From positions 198,761 through 262,760 of the forward strand of contig JAWLBL010000002.1 of NCBI GenBank assembly GCA_041687695.1: a stretch of 64,000 nucleotides of DNA, given 5' to 3'. Source of the DNA: Myxococcota bacterium (GTDB lineage: Bacteria; Myxococcota_A; UBA9042; PHBI01; JAWLBL01). The first letter of the stretch is position 1; every line of letters starts with the position of its first letter. A program made the position numbers and the translations under genes. This document shows, one piece after another, positions 45,597-54,521 of this stretch. Under the pieces are notes generated by a model that saw only the letters and a list, made by a program, of their open reading frames with translations, was not told the origin of the DNA and did no database searches.

Positions 45597-48500
45597 GGGT
45601 AGGCCCCCGGCGGCGTCGGCTGCGGCTCGGGCTCCGGCGGCTGCTGGGGCCCGGCCTCGCGCGGCCGCGACCGCCACCCGGCCACCGCAACCACCAGCAG
45701 CACCAGCACCGCGACCCCGCCCTCGACCTCGTCGATCTGGAACGCCGCCGCCTTCACCAGCGCCAGCCCCAGCCCGACCGCCAGCATCACCCACCCGGGC
45801 GCCCCCAGCGGCAGCTTGCGCGCCCGCCGCCACACCACCGCGGCCAGCAGCCCCACCGCGATGACCCACAGCACCACCCCCATGGCGCGCCCCGGCGTCG
45901 CCGCGAAGGTCAGCTCGACCTCCAGCGCCGCCGCCTGCTGCGCCGGGTCGTACACGCGCTTGGTGAACAGGCGCTCGGGGAAGTCCCCGGTCGACGGCAG
46001 CGTCAGCGCCAGATCCCCCAGGTCACCCGCGTCGTCGGGGCGCCGGTACTCGTAGGGGCGCTGCTCCTCGAGCGCGGTGTCCACCGACAGCACGGCCAGC
46101 TTCGGCGGCGTCCGCACCAGCCACTGCAGGTCCGTCACCAGCATGTCCGGCTGCGGCGCGACCAGCTCCATCGACCCGAACGCGCCCGGCCCCTCGGTCG
46201 GCACGTCGTAGACCACGTCGACCAGCACCGTCTGCGCCTTGGGCAGCGGCACCGCCAGCGCGCCCTCCTGGTCCTTGACCGCCTTGACCGCCTGCCCGCC
46301 CGCCGACACGCGCCACACCTTGGCCTCGGGCGGCATCTTCAGCCGCAGGAACTGCCGGTCCTCGTTGGCCACCCGGAACAGCGCCCGCGTCACGACGTGC
46401 CCGTCCTCGAGCACGGTCGTCTCCAGCCACGCCGCGTTCACCACGGCCTTGAGCGTCTCCACCGTCTGGTGCCGCTTCAGCTCGACCTGCAGCGCCCACG
46501 GCGCGTAGGCGTAGGTGTACCCGAACAGGATCTCGCGCTCGCTGCGCAGCCGGATGGCGTTGGGCAGCTCCGTCACGTCCACCCGCCGGATGTCGCTCGC
46601 CGCCTGCGGCTGCGCCTCGATGCCCGTCTCGGCCGACAGCCCGAAGCTGCCCTTCTCGACGTCGGCCCCGTGCACCCGCACGTCCGGGAGCGCGACCTTG
46701 CCCAGCTCCTTGGGCAGCAGCACCTCGACCTCGAGGTCTATCTGGATGGCCCCCTCGAGCGCCTGCGTGAAGCGCACCTCGTGGCCCTTGCGCCCCGGCC
46801 CCGCGTCGAAGTCCTTGGCCGGCTCGTGCTTGTTCAGGCTGGGCGCCGTCACGTTCAGCACGTTCGCCGTGTCCGGCAGCGACAGGATGAGCGCGTCCTG
46901 CCGCCCGCTCTTCATCTCGACCAGGATCGACGACAGCCCGACCAGCGCGCCGTCCTTGACCTGGTACAGCGTCTGCACCCGCGCGTCGAAGCGGATGTCC
47001 TTGGGCTTGGCCGTCGCCACCTTGCTGGCGATGGCGCCCGGCGCCCCGATGTGCTTGAACGCCTGGCTCACCCGCTCGGTCAGCGTCTGCCGCAGCTCGC
47101 TCGGCAGCGCGTCCTCGCCCACCTTGCTGAAGTCGTTGGCCTCGGCCGGCCCGAAGCCCACCTTGTCGCCGTCGAACAGCGCCACCACGCCCGACTCGCG
47201 GTAGGCCCCCAGCGGCCGCAGCAGCGGCAGGGCCAGCGCCGCCCCCTCCTCGCGCGGGACCTGCGCCTCCAGCTCCAGCTCCAGCAGGTAGCTGCCGACC
47301 AGCTCGCGCCCCAGCGTCACCCGGATCTGCCGCGGCGCGCCGTCCGCCTCGGGGAAGGTGTGCCAGTCCTCGATGCCCTCGCCCCGCACCTTGTAAGGCA
47401 CCAGCCCGTCGGGCACCGCGACCGCCAGCTCCTTGGTCTTGCCGCGGATGACGTCGTAGCGGATCTGCACCTTCGTCCGCAGCACCGCCTCCTGCAGCGT
47501 CAGCAGCTGATAGGTCTCGGTGTTCACGCTCAGCGCGTCCTCCGGCGCCGCCCGCGACTCGGTCCACCGCACGATCACCTGCTCGGACGGCGGCAGCCAC
47601 GCCCGCGCGACCGTCACGGCGTCCTCCTCGCCGCCCGTGAACGTCGTCGTCACCGGCACGGCCGGCTCCAGCGTCACCTGCCGCTTGCCCCGGATGACCG
47701 TCTCGACGCTGGTGATGGGCACCCCGGCCAGCGCCAGCGCCACCTGCGGCTGCCCCTGCGACCGGTCGATGGCCACCCGGAAGCGCGACACCAGCACCTG
47801 CCGCCCGCGCCCCTGCACCGTGGCCACGTGCCACCCGTCCGACACCCGCGTCGCCACCGCGTCGCGCCCGGCGGTCACCTCCATCAGCGCCACCTGCGCG
47901 CTCGCGACCCGCACGTGCGCCTGGCTGCCCGTCACGTGCACCTCGTGGGTCACCGTGACGTCCACGCCGTCGCCGCTGTCGTCCAGCTCCAGCTTGTAGT
48001 CCGCGCGCCGCACGTTCTGCGCGCCCGCCCCGACGCCGAACCGCACCACCGCCGCCACCGTCCCCGGCAGCGACGCCGTCAGCTCGCCCCCGCTCCGCTC
48101 GACGCTGGCCGCCGGCCACACGTCCACCGGCAGGTCCGGCCGCCCGCCGGTGTCGAGGGTCATCGACGAGCCCGGCATCGGCGGCAGCGGCACCACCACC
48201 AGCAGCGACCCGTCGTCCGCGACCTGCGCGGGCACCAGGTAACTCAGCGACACCGTCGGCGTCCGCGTCTTGTCGTCCAGCACCAGCACGTGCGCGCCCT
48301 GCCGCCGCAGCAGCGTCGCCTCGTTGCCGCCCAGCCGCACCGACTGCAGCACCACGTCGCCCGCGACCAGCGGCACCTCGGCCAGCCCCTCGCCGACCAC
48401 GCGCAGCTCCGCCGTCACCGACACCTCGGCGAACAGGCCCGGCCCGCTCCCCTCCGGCAGCGCCACGTCCACCGTCCCGCGCCCCCAGGTCGGCCGCGGC

Positions 48501-48682
48501 CCGTCCTTGCGCTGGGCGGCGTCCATCAGCTCCTCATAGCGCTGCAGTGTCAGCCGGACCTCGCCCGGCGGCTCCTGCGCCCAGGACGGGGCCAGCAGCG
48601 ACAGCGACACGGCGATCGCGAGCGCGACGGCGCTCGCGGCCCGAAACATCGGGCGAAACACGGGACGGTACACGGCGTTCAT
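45593..48682 (-). CDS. Large (1029 aa) exported beta-rich protein with three C-terminal TM helices; function unknown
   Basis: AGGAGAG RBS; signal peptide ending APSWA; beta-rich body; hydrophobic segments MGVVLWVIAVGLLAAVVW, WVMLAVGLGLALV, GGVAVLVLLVVAVAGW. Confidence 0.8.
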   Translation of the reverse strand: MNAVYRPVFRPMFRAASAVALAIAVSLSLLAPSWAQEPPGEVRLTLQRYEELMDAAQRKDGPRPTWGRGTVDVALPEGSGPGLFAEVSVTAELRVVGEGLAEVPLVAGDVVLQSVRLGGNEATLLRRQGAHVLVLDDKTRTPTVSLSYLVPAQVADDGSLLVVVPLPPMPGSSMTLDTGGRPDLPVDVWPAASVERSGGELTASLPGTVAAVVRFGVGAGAQNVRRADYKLELDDSGDGVDVTVTHEVHVTGSQAHVRVASAQVALMEVTAGRDAVATRVSDGWHVATVQGRGRQVLVSRFRVAIDRSQGQPQVALALAGVPITSVETVIRGKRQVTLEPAVPVTTTFTGGEEDAVTVARAWLPPSEQVIVRWTESRAAPEDALSVNTETYQLLTLQEAVLRTKVQIRYDVIRGKTKELAVAVPDGLVPYKVRGEGIEDWHTFPEADGAPRQIRVTLGRELVGSYLLELELEAQVPREEGAALALPLLRPLGAYRESGVVALFDGDKVGFGPAEANDFSKVGEDALPSELRQTLTERVSQAFKHIGAPGAIASKVATAKPKDIRFDARVQTLYQVKDGALVGLSSILVEMKSGRQDALILSLPDTANVLNVTAPSLNKHEPAKDFDAGPGRKGHEVRFTQALEGAIQIDLEVEVLLPKELGKVALPDVRVHGADVEKGSFGLSAETGIEAQPQAASDIRRVDVTELPNAIRLRSEREILFGYTYAYAPWALQVELKRHQTVETLKAVVNAAWLETTVLEDGHVVTRALFRVANEDRQFLRLKMPPEAKVWRVSAGGQAVKAVKDQEGALAVPLPKAQTVLVDVVYDVPTEGPGAFGSMELVAPQPDMLVTDLQWLVRTPPKLAVLSVDTALEEQRPYEYRRPDDAGDLGDLALTLPSTGDFPERLFTKRVYDPAQQAAALEVELTFAATPGRAMGVVLWVIAVGLLAAVVWRRARKLPLGAPGWVMLAVGLGLALVKAAAFQIDEVEGGVAVLVLLVVAVAGWRSRPREAGPQQPPEPEPQPTPPGAYP

Positions 48683-48888
48683 GCGCGGGCCTCTCCTGAT
48701 GGACGACGGCGCCCACTTCCCCTGGGGCGCCTCGTGCGGGTCTCCAGGGACGCACGGTTTGCAGAAAAGTTCCACCCGCCCCCGAAACCCCGTCCTTGGC
48801 CAGCCCCTCGGCGCCGACATACCTTCGACTCCGCTCCCCCCCCCCATCGCCGCTCCGCTCCGCCTTCCGCCGCCCCGCCCGGTGCCGA

Positions 48889-50250
48889 TTGCGCGACTTC
48901 CTGCTCTATCGCCTCCTGCCGTTCGCCCTCTGCCTGGCCGTTCTCACCCTGCTCCGCACCACGGGCCTCGGCGCCGGCGGCTGGGGCGCGCAGAGCGTCA
49001 CGGTGGCCGTCGGCTTCCTGCTCATCGGCGCCTTCATCGCCGGCAAGGCCGCCACCGCCGTGAAGCTGCCGCGCATCACCGGCTACCTGGTCGTCGGCGT
49101 CGTCATGGGCCCCTACGCCACCGAGCTGTTGACCCAGGACATGCTGCTGGCCAGCCGCACCATCGACGGCGTCGCGGTGGCCCTCATCGCCCTCATCGCG
49201 GGCGGCGAGATCAAGCTCGACTGGATGCGCGCCCGCCTGCGTCCCATCCTCACCATCACCCTCATCGAGCTGACCCTGGTCGCGACCCTCATCTTCGGCG
49301 TCGTCCTCATCGGCCGGCAGCTCTTCCCCTTCATGCCCAACGACGACCTGCCGCGCGCCCTGGTCATCGGCATGATCTTCGGCGTCCTCGCCGTCTCCAG
49401 CTCGCCCACCGTCACCATCGCGGTCATCGCGGACACCCGCTCCGACGGCGTCCTCAGCAAGACCGTCCTGGGCGTCACGGTCCTCAAGGACGTCCTCATC
49501 ATCATCCTGTTCGCCACCGCCATGGCCATCGCCCGCGACGCCCTGTCGGCCGGCGGCGCCGACGAGATCCCGCTCGGCCTCACCCTCGCTCGCGAGCTGG
49601 GCGGCTCGGCCCTGGCCGGCGTCGCCTTCGGCATGGCCATCTCCTGGCACCTGGTCCACATCAAGCGCGACGTCCCGGTCTTCGTCCTCTTCGTCTGCTT
49701 CGCCATGAGCGAGCTGGCCCGCGTCCTGCACCTCGAGGCGCTCCTCATCGCTCTGGTCGCCGGCCTGTGGGTCGAGAACTTCTCCAAGGCCGACGGCCAC
49801 GCCCTCATCGACGGCATCGAGCGCGTCGCCACGCCCGTCCTCGCGCTCTTCTTCGCCGCCGCCGGCGCCAAGATGGATCTGGGCGCCTTCGCCGTCATGT
49901 GGCACCTCGCCCTGCTCCTGGTCGCCGTGCGCGCCCTCGGCGTCTGGGGCGGCATCACCCTCGGCGCCCGCGTCGCCGGCGCCGAACCCGTGGTCCGCAA
50001 GCTCGGCTGGCTGGGCTTCATCAGCCAGGCCGGCGTCAGCCTCGCCCTGTCCGCCATCGTGGTCCGCGCCTTCCCCGACTGGGGCGCCGAGGTCCAGGTC
50101 CTCATCATCGCCATGATCGCCGTCCACGAGGTCGTCGGCCCGATCGGCTTCCAGCACGCCCTCACCGTCGCCGGCGAGGTCGGCCGCGCCCGCCGCCCCG
50201 GAGCCGAGCCCGCCGTCACCGAGGAGGACGACGTCACCGTGCCGATCTGA
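48889..50250 (+). CDS. Cation:proton antiporter family protein
   Basis: TTG start inferred from the paralogue N-terminus (MRDFL/MRDLL); LPRITGYL, SSPTVTIAVI, SQAGVSLAL, GPI. Confidence 0.85.
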   Translation: MRDFLLYRLLPFALCLAVLTLLRTTGLGAGGWGAQSVTVAVGFLLIGAFIAGKAATAVKLPRITGYLVVGVVMGPYATELLTQDMLLASRTIDGVAVALIALIAGGEIKLDWMRARLRPILTITLIELTLVATLIFGVVLIGRQLFPFMPNDDLPRALVIGMIFGVLAVSSSPTVTIAVIADTRSDGVLSKTVLGVTVLKDVLIIILFATAMAIARDALSAGGADEIPLGLTLARELGGSALAGVAFGMAISWHLVHIKRDVPVFVLFVCFAMSELARVLHLEALLIALVAGLWVENFSKADGHALIDGIERVATPVLALFFAAAGAKMDLGAFAVMWHLALLLVAVRALGVWGGITLGARVAGAEPVVRKLGWLGFISQAGVSLALSAIVVRAFPDWGAEVQVLIIAMIAVHEVVGPIGFQHALTVAGEVGRARRPGAEPAVTEEDDVTVPI

Positions 50251-50344
50251 CCGCCGCCGCCGCCTCGCGCGGCTTGCGTTCTGGTCAGCCCGCGCGGCGT
50301 CGTGTAGAGGGGATGGTCCCTCCGAAACGGCCGAAAGCGGTTGT

Positions 50345-51694
50345 GTGCGCGATCTCCTGGTCCATCGCCTGCTGCCCATCCTGATCTGCGTCGCGGTCGT
50401 CCTCGCCCTGCGCTACTGGGACGTCGGCGTCGCCGGCCTCGGGCTGCAGAGCACCACCGTGGCGATGGGCCTGCTGCTCGTCGGCGCCTTCGTGGGCGGC
50501 CAGCTCTCGGCCGCCGTCCGCCTGCCCCGCATCACCGGCTACCTGCTGACGGGCCTGCTGCTCGGGCCCTACGCCACGGGCCTGCTCACCAAGGACATGC
50601 TCGGCGCCGGCTACGTCGTCGAGGGCATCGCCGTCGCCCTCATCGCGCTCATGGCCGGCGGCGAGATCCGCCTCGACTGGATCCGCAGCCAGCTCAAACG
50701 CCTGCTGCTCATCACCGGCTTCGAGCTGCTCATCGTCGGGCTGGTCGTCTTCGCCCTGGTCATCGCGCTGCGCGACGTCTTCCCCTTCATGCCCAGCGGC
50801 GACGCCGAGCTCGGCCGCGCCCTGGTCATCGCCATGATCTTCGGCGTCCTCGCCACCGCCAACTCACCCACCGTCACCATCGCCGTCATCGCCGAGACCC
50901 GCGCCGACGGCCCGGTCGCCCGCACCGTCCTCGGCGTCACCGTCACCAAGGACGTCGTCATCATCGTCCTGTTCGCCGCCGCCATGGCCTTCGCCCGCGC
51001 GACCCTCGACCCCGACTCGGCCCAGGCCTCCCTCGGCTGGGTCCTCACCCGCGAGCTCGGCGGCTCCATCCTCGCCGGCCTCGTCTTCGGCGCCATCCTC
51101 TCCTGGTACCTCCTCAAGATCCGCCGCGACGCCGGCGTCGTCGTCCTCTTCGTCTGCTTCGCCATCAGCGAGCTGTCCGCCGCCCTGCACCTCGAGGCCC
51201 TGCTGGTCGCGCTGACCGCCGGCCTGTGGGTCGAGAACTTCTCCAAGGCCGACGGCCACGCCCTCATCCAGGGCATCGAGTCCGTCTCCCTGCCCGTCCT
51301 GGCCCTCTTCTTCGCCGCCGCCGGCGCCAAGATGGATCTGGTCGCCTTCGCCGAGACCTGGCACCTGGCGCTGCTGCTCATCGTCGTCCGCGCCGTCGCC
51401 ATCTGGGGCGGCGTCCGCATCGGCGCCACGCTCTCGGGCGCCGAGCCCTCGGTGCGCCGCTACGCCTGGACCGGCTTCATCAGCCAGGCCGGCGTGACCC
51501 TCGCCCTGTCGGCGATCGTCGTCCGCGCCTTCCCCACCTGGGGCGCCGAGATCCAGGTCCTGGTCATCGCCATGATCGCCGTCCACGAGCTGATCGGCCC
51601 GATCGGCTTCCAGCAGGGCCTCGCCCGCGCCGGCGAGATCGGCCGCGCCGCCCTGCCCAGCCGCGACGCCGGCGGGCCCGAACGGCGACACTGA
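50345..51694 (+). CDS. Cation:proton antiporter family protein (tandem paralogue)
   Basis: Same motifs; collinear with the upstream gene, with long identical stretches (e.g. GLWVENFSKADGHALI). Confidence 0.85.
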   Translation: MRDLLVHRLLPILICVAVVLALRYWDVGVAGLGLQSTTVAMGLLLVGAFVGGQLSAAVRLPRITGYLLTGLLLGPYATGLLTKDMLGAGYVVEGIAVALIALMAGGEIRLDWIRSQLKRLLLITGFELLIVGLVVFALVIALRDVFPFMPSGDAELGRALVIAMIFGVLATANSPTVTIAVIAETRADGPVARTVLGVTVTKDVVIIVLFAAAMAFARATLDPDSAQASLGWVLTRELGGSILAGLVFGAILSWYLLKIRRDAGVVVLFVCFAISELSAALHLEALLVALTAGLWVENFSKADGHALIQGIESVSLPVLALFFAAAGAKMDLVAFAETWHLALLLIVVRAVAIWGGVRIGATLSGAEPSVRRYAWTGFISQAGVTLALSAIVVRAFPTWGAEIQVLVIAMIAVHELIGPIGFQQGLARAGEIGRAALPSRDAGGPERRH

Positions 51695-51715
51695 ACAAAA
51701 AACTGAACGCGGGGC

Positions 51716-51767
51716 TTGCCCCGGACCGCTGAACATCTGTACGCTCGTTCACCATGAACATGCGTAC
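51716..51767 (+). promoter_or_regulatory. Sigma70-type promoter overlapped by LexA (SOS) boxes
   Basis: TTGCCC-N18-TACGCT; CTGTACGCTCGTTCACC (51737-51753) matches the Myxococcus LexA consensus CTRHAMRYBYGTTCAGS at 16/17; extra GAAC-N4-GTAC at 51731 and 51756. Confidence 0.72.
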
Positions 51768-52671
51768 ACCCGTGCTCGCCCTCCGGCGCCACGCCTGCGC
51801 CGGCCCCGTCTGGGTCCTCGACTTCGACGCCCGCGGCCAGGCCGACTGCGCCTTCTGCGCCGCCCGCGCCGCCCGCCCCGCGCCGGCCTCCCCGCCGCCG
51901 CTGGGTCGCCTGACCGCCGCCCTGCGCGACGAGCTGGCGCGCCGCCGCCGCCTGCCCGACTTCGTGCACCTGCTGCCCTCGGCCGACGCCTTCGCCCCGG
52001 GCGCCGCCGATCTGGCCCCCGCCGCCCTCGAAGCCTGCCAGGCCCTGCTCGCTCGCGACATCGGCGTCGTCCTGTCGACCCGCGGCGGCCTCGCCCAGGC
52101 CCAGCCGCTGGTCACCCTCGCCCGCCGCTTCCCCGGGCTGCTGCGGGTCCACGTCGGCGTGTTCAGCCCGGACGCCCGCCACCAGGCCACGTGGGAGCGC
52201 GGCGCCGCCCCGCTGGCCGATCGCGTCGCCCTCGCGGGGGCGCTGCAGCGCGCCGGCGCGCAGGTCGTCATGGCCATCGGGCCCATCATCCCCTTCGTCA
52301 ACGACGCGCCCGAGGCGCTCGAGCGCCTGGTCCGCATGGCCCGCCACGCCGGCGTCACCGCCGTGCAGCCCCACTTCGTGCAGGACGCGCCGGGCCTCGT
52401 CGCCCAGGTCGAGCGAGAGGTCGCGCGCAGCCAGGCCCGCATGCTCGAGGGCTGGTTCGCCATGCCCGGCGCCCGGATCGCGCCGGGCGTGCGCCGCATC
52501 GCCGATCGCGTGGTCGAGCGGCCGCTCGAGGCCCTTCGCCAATCGGCCCAGCGCGCCGGCGTCCAGGTCCAGGTGTGCGCCTGTCAGCACTCGGCCGGCG
52601 CCGACGTCTGCCTGCGTGGCCCGGTCCGCGCCGCCGCCCCGGCCCAGCTGGGCCTGCTCGACCTCGGGTGA
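51754..52671 (+). CDS. SplB/Rv2578c-like radical SAM-fold DNA repair protein with degenerate Cys triad
   Basis: GQADCAFC in place of CxxxCxxC; DAFAP, LSTRG, WERGAAPLADRV, GPIIPFVND; C-terminal QLGLL. Confidence 0.72.
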   Translation: MNMRTPVLALRRHACAGPVWVLDFDARGQADCAFCAARAARPAPASPPPLGRLTAALRDELARRRRLPDFVHLLPSADAFAPGAADLAPAALEACQALLARDIGVVLSTRGGLAQAQPLVTLARRFPGLLRVHVGVFSPDARHQATWERGAAPLADRVALAGALQRAGAQVVMAIGPIIPFVNDAPEALERLVRMARHAGVTAVQPHFVQDAPGLVAQVEREVARSQARMLEGWFAMPGARIAPGVRRIADRVVERPLEALRQSAQRAGVQVQVCACQHSAGADVCLRGPVRAAAPAQLGLLDLG

Positions 52672-52815
52672 CTCGCCGCCTCTTACGAGCTGGAGTGACC
52701 CGCCGGCTCTTACGAGTTGGAGTGACCCGCCGGCTCTTACGAGCTGGAGTGACCCGCCGCCTCTTACGAGCTGGAGTGACCCGCCGGCTCTTACGAGTTG
52801 GAGTGACCCGCCGGC
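52666..52815. repeat. Tandem repeat, 5.5 x 27 bp, each unit a small hairpin
   Basis: GAGTGACCCGCCG(G/C)CTCTTACGAG(C/T)TG; CTCTTACGAG at 52680, 52707, 52734, 52761 and 52788. Confidence 0.95.
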
Positions 52816-52955
52816 CTGCCGAACCCACGGCCCGGGTGTCGCGGGCGCGCGCGCCTAGGCCCGCCGATTGCCAGGGCCCGGCTGCGATCGCTACCCTGCG
52901 GCCGTTCGGGCGGCTCTCGGGGGCGAGGGCGCCCGCCGTCACGCCAGAGGGGTCC

Positions 52956-54077
52956 ATGCGCGCTCCATCTCGTCTCGTCGCGGTCACCATCCTCGCGATC
53001 CTCTCGGCTCTGGTCGGCTGTCAGGGGCCGCCGTCGGCCGCTGCGCCGGGGGCGCTCGGCTCAGGCGTGCCGCCCTTGGGCGCCGCCGGCCTCTTCGGCG
53101 ACGCGCCGGCGCTCCGCAGCGCCCTGGTCGCCGCTCCGGCCGATGAGGCCCAGGGCGATCCCGACGTGAACCGGGGGCTCGACGCCATCCTCGACGGCTG
53201 CGACGTGCGGGCCGACGTCGGCATCGTCAACGAGTGCACGGACGATCAGCTCCGGACCCTGGTCGAGCAGATCACCCTGCGCCCCGCGCCCGAGCGCGTG
53301 CGCACGTTGACCGCGGCGCTGGGGTCGCCGGGGCCGCGCCAGGCCGCCGCCGCGGTGGTATTGGCCGAGCTGTATGCCCAGGCCGCCGAGCCGCTGCTCC
53401 AGGCCCTCGACGCGCCGGCCGTCGAGCACCTGCTCGCCGCGCTCGAGGGGCAGGACACGCCGCAGGCCGTGCAGCTCGCGCCACTGACTACCCACGCGGC
53501 CCTGCTCGCGGGTGAGGACACGCGCCTGCGGGCCATGGTGCAGAACCACCCGTCGCAGCGCGCCCAGTTCGCGGCGGTGCGGCGCTGGCTGGTGGCGCGC
53601 CGGCTGACCGACTTCGCCGACGTCGCGCCGCTGTCGGCCGCCGTCGACCAGGCGCGGGCGCAGCTGGCGGTCGAGGCGGTCCTGGCCATGATCGCCGACG
53701 CGCCGCTGAGCGACGCCGAGCGCCAGACCGTGTGCCCCTGGGCGCGCCCCATCGCGACCCACCCGGGCCAGCAGGTCGCCGCGCTCGCGGGTCGGCTGCT
53801 GGTGCAGGGCTGCGTGGGCGAGGACGCCGACGCGGCGGTGGCGATGCTCCAGGACCGGCTCGAGCGCGGCGAGTTCGCCCTGCCGCTCAGCGAGCTGGCG
53901 ATCGCGCTGTGCCGCGCCGACGGGGTCAGCCCCTCGCAGGCGCTGCAGGCCCGCGCGTGCGACCTCGTCGGCCGCGTCGCCGCCGATCGCCGTGTCCACG
54001 CCAAGCTGCGCGAGCAGGCGCGGGCGGCGCTGGTCGACCTCCCGGCGCCCGCGCCGCCCGACGCGCTGACGCCCTGA
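52956..54077 (+). CDS. Hypothetical helical (HEAT-like) lipoprotein
   Basis: GAGGGG RBS; lipobox LVGC; Ala/Leu-rich helices with spaced Cys. Confidence 0.7.
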   Translation: MRAPSRLVAVTILAILSALVGCQGPPSAAAPGALGSGVPPLGAAGLFGDAPALRSALVAAPADEAQGDPDVNRGLDAILDGCDVRADVGIVNECTDDQLRTLVEQITLRPAPERVRTLTAALGSPGPRQAAAAVVLAELYAQAAEPLLQALDAPAVEHLLAALEGQDTPQAVQLAPLTTHAALLAGEDTRLRAMVQNHPSQRAQFAAVRRWLVARRLTDFADVAPLSAAVDQARAQLAVEAVLAMIADAPLSDAERQTVCPWARPIATHPGQQVAALAGRLLVQGCVGEDADAAVAMLQDRLERGEFALPLSELAIALCRADGVSPSQALQARACDLVGRVAADRRVHAKLREQARAALVDLPAPAPPDALTP

Positions 54078-54080
54078 GGC

Positions 54081-54467
54081 TCAGACCGGCTGCGTCCGGC
54101 CGGCCGGCGGTGGCGGCCGCGCCGCCGAGCGCGCCTTGCGGCGGGCGACCAGCCACAGGACCGTCATCGTCGGCAGCAGCTGCGTGCCCGGGATGAAGGC
54201 CTCGGTCACGGCGACCTTCTTCAGCGCGCCCAGCCCGAAGCGATCGAGCACGAACCAGGTGATGGGGCTGGCCAGCACGTCCAGGCCCATGTCCAGCAGA
54301 TCGAGGGCCACGACCAGTCCGAAGGGCACGCCCCGCAGCGTCTCCCACAGGTCGCCGTCCTCGGGCGCGCGGACGCGCCTGAGCTTGCGCCGGACCAACC
54401 ACAGACCGATGAGCCCCGCCACGGCGAAGGCCGCGGCGAGCACGCCGAGCACTACGAGCCACTCCAT
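54081..54467 (-). CDS. Small hypothetical membrane protein
   Basis: MEWLVVLGVLAAAFAVAGLIGLWLV TM segment; E-x-F-I-P-G-T-Q-L-L-P-T type C-terminal motif. Confidence 0.65.
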   Translation of the reverse strand: MEWLVVLGVLAAAFAVAGLIGLWLVRRKLRRVRAPEDGDLWETLRGVPFGLVVALDLLDMGLDVLASPITWFVLDRFGLGALKKVAVTEAFIPGTQLLPTMTVLWLVARRKARSAARPPPPAGRTQPV

Positions 54468-54521
54468 GGCGTCCAGAGTAGCCACGGTCGGGCGCGGAAC
54501 CACTCGGGGTTGAAGCAAGAG

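Noticed and set aside
48760..48775. Sigma54 promoter for the vWA operon (minus strand TGGAACTTTTCTGCA)
   Set aside because: GG-GC spacing is 9 rather than the required 10
51693..51708. Alphaproteobacterial LexA box GAAC-N7-GAAC
   Set aside because: Spacer is 8 nt; the downstream Myxococcus-type box fits better
52666..52815. Possible CRISPR array (27-bp hairpin repeats)
   Set aside because: Period equals repeat length, so there are no spacers
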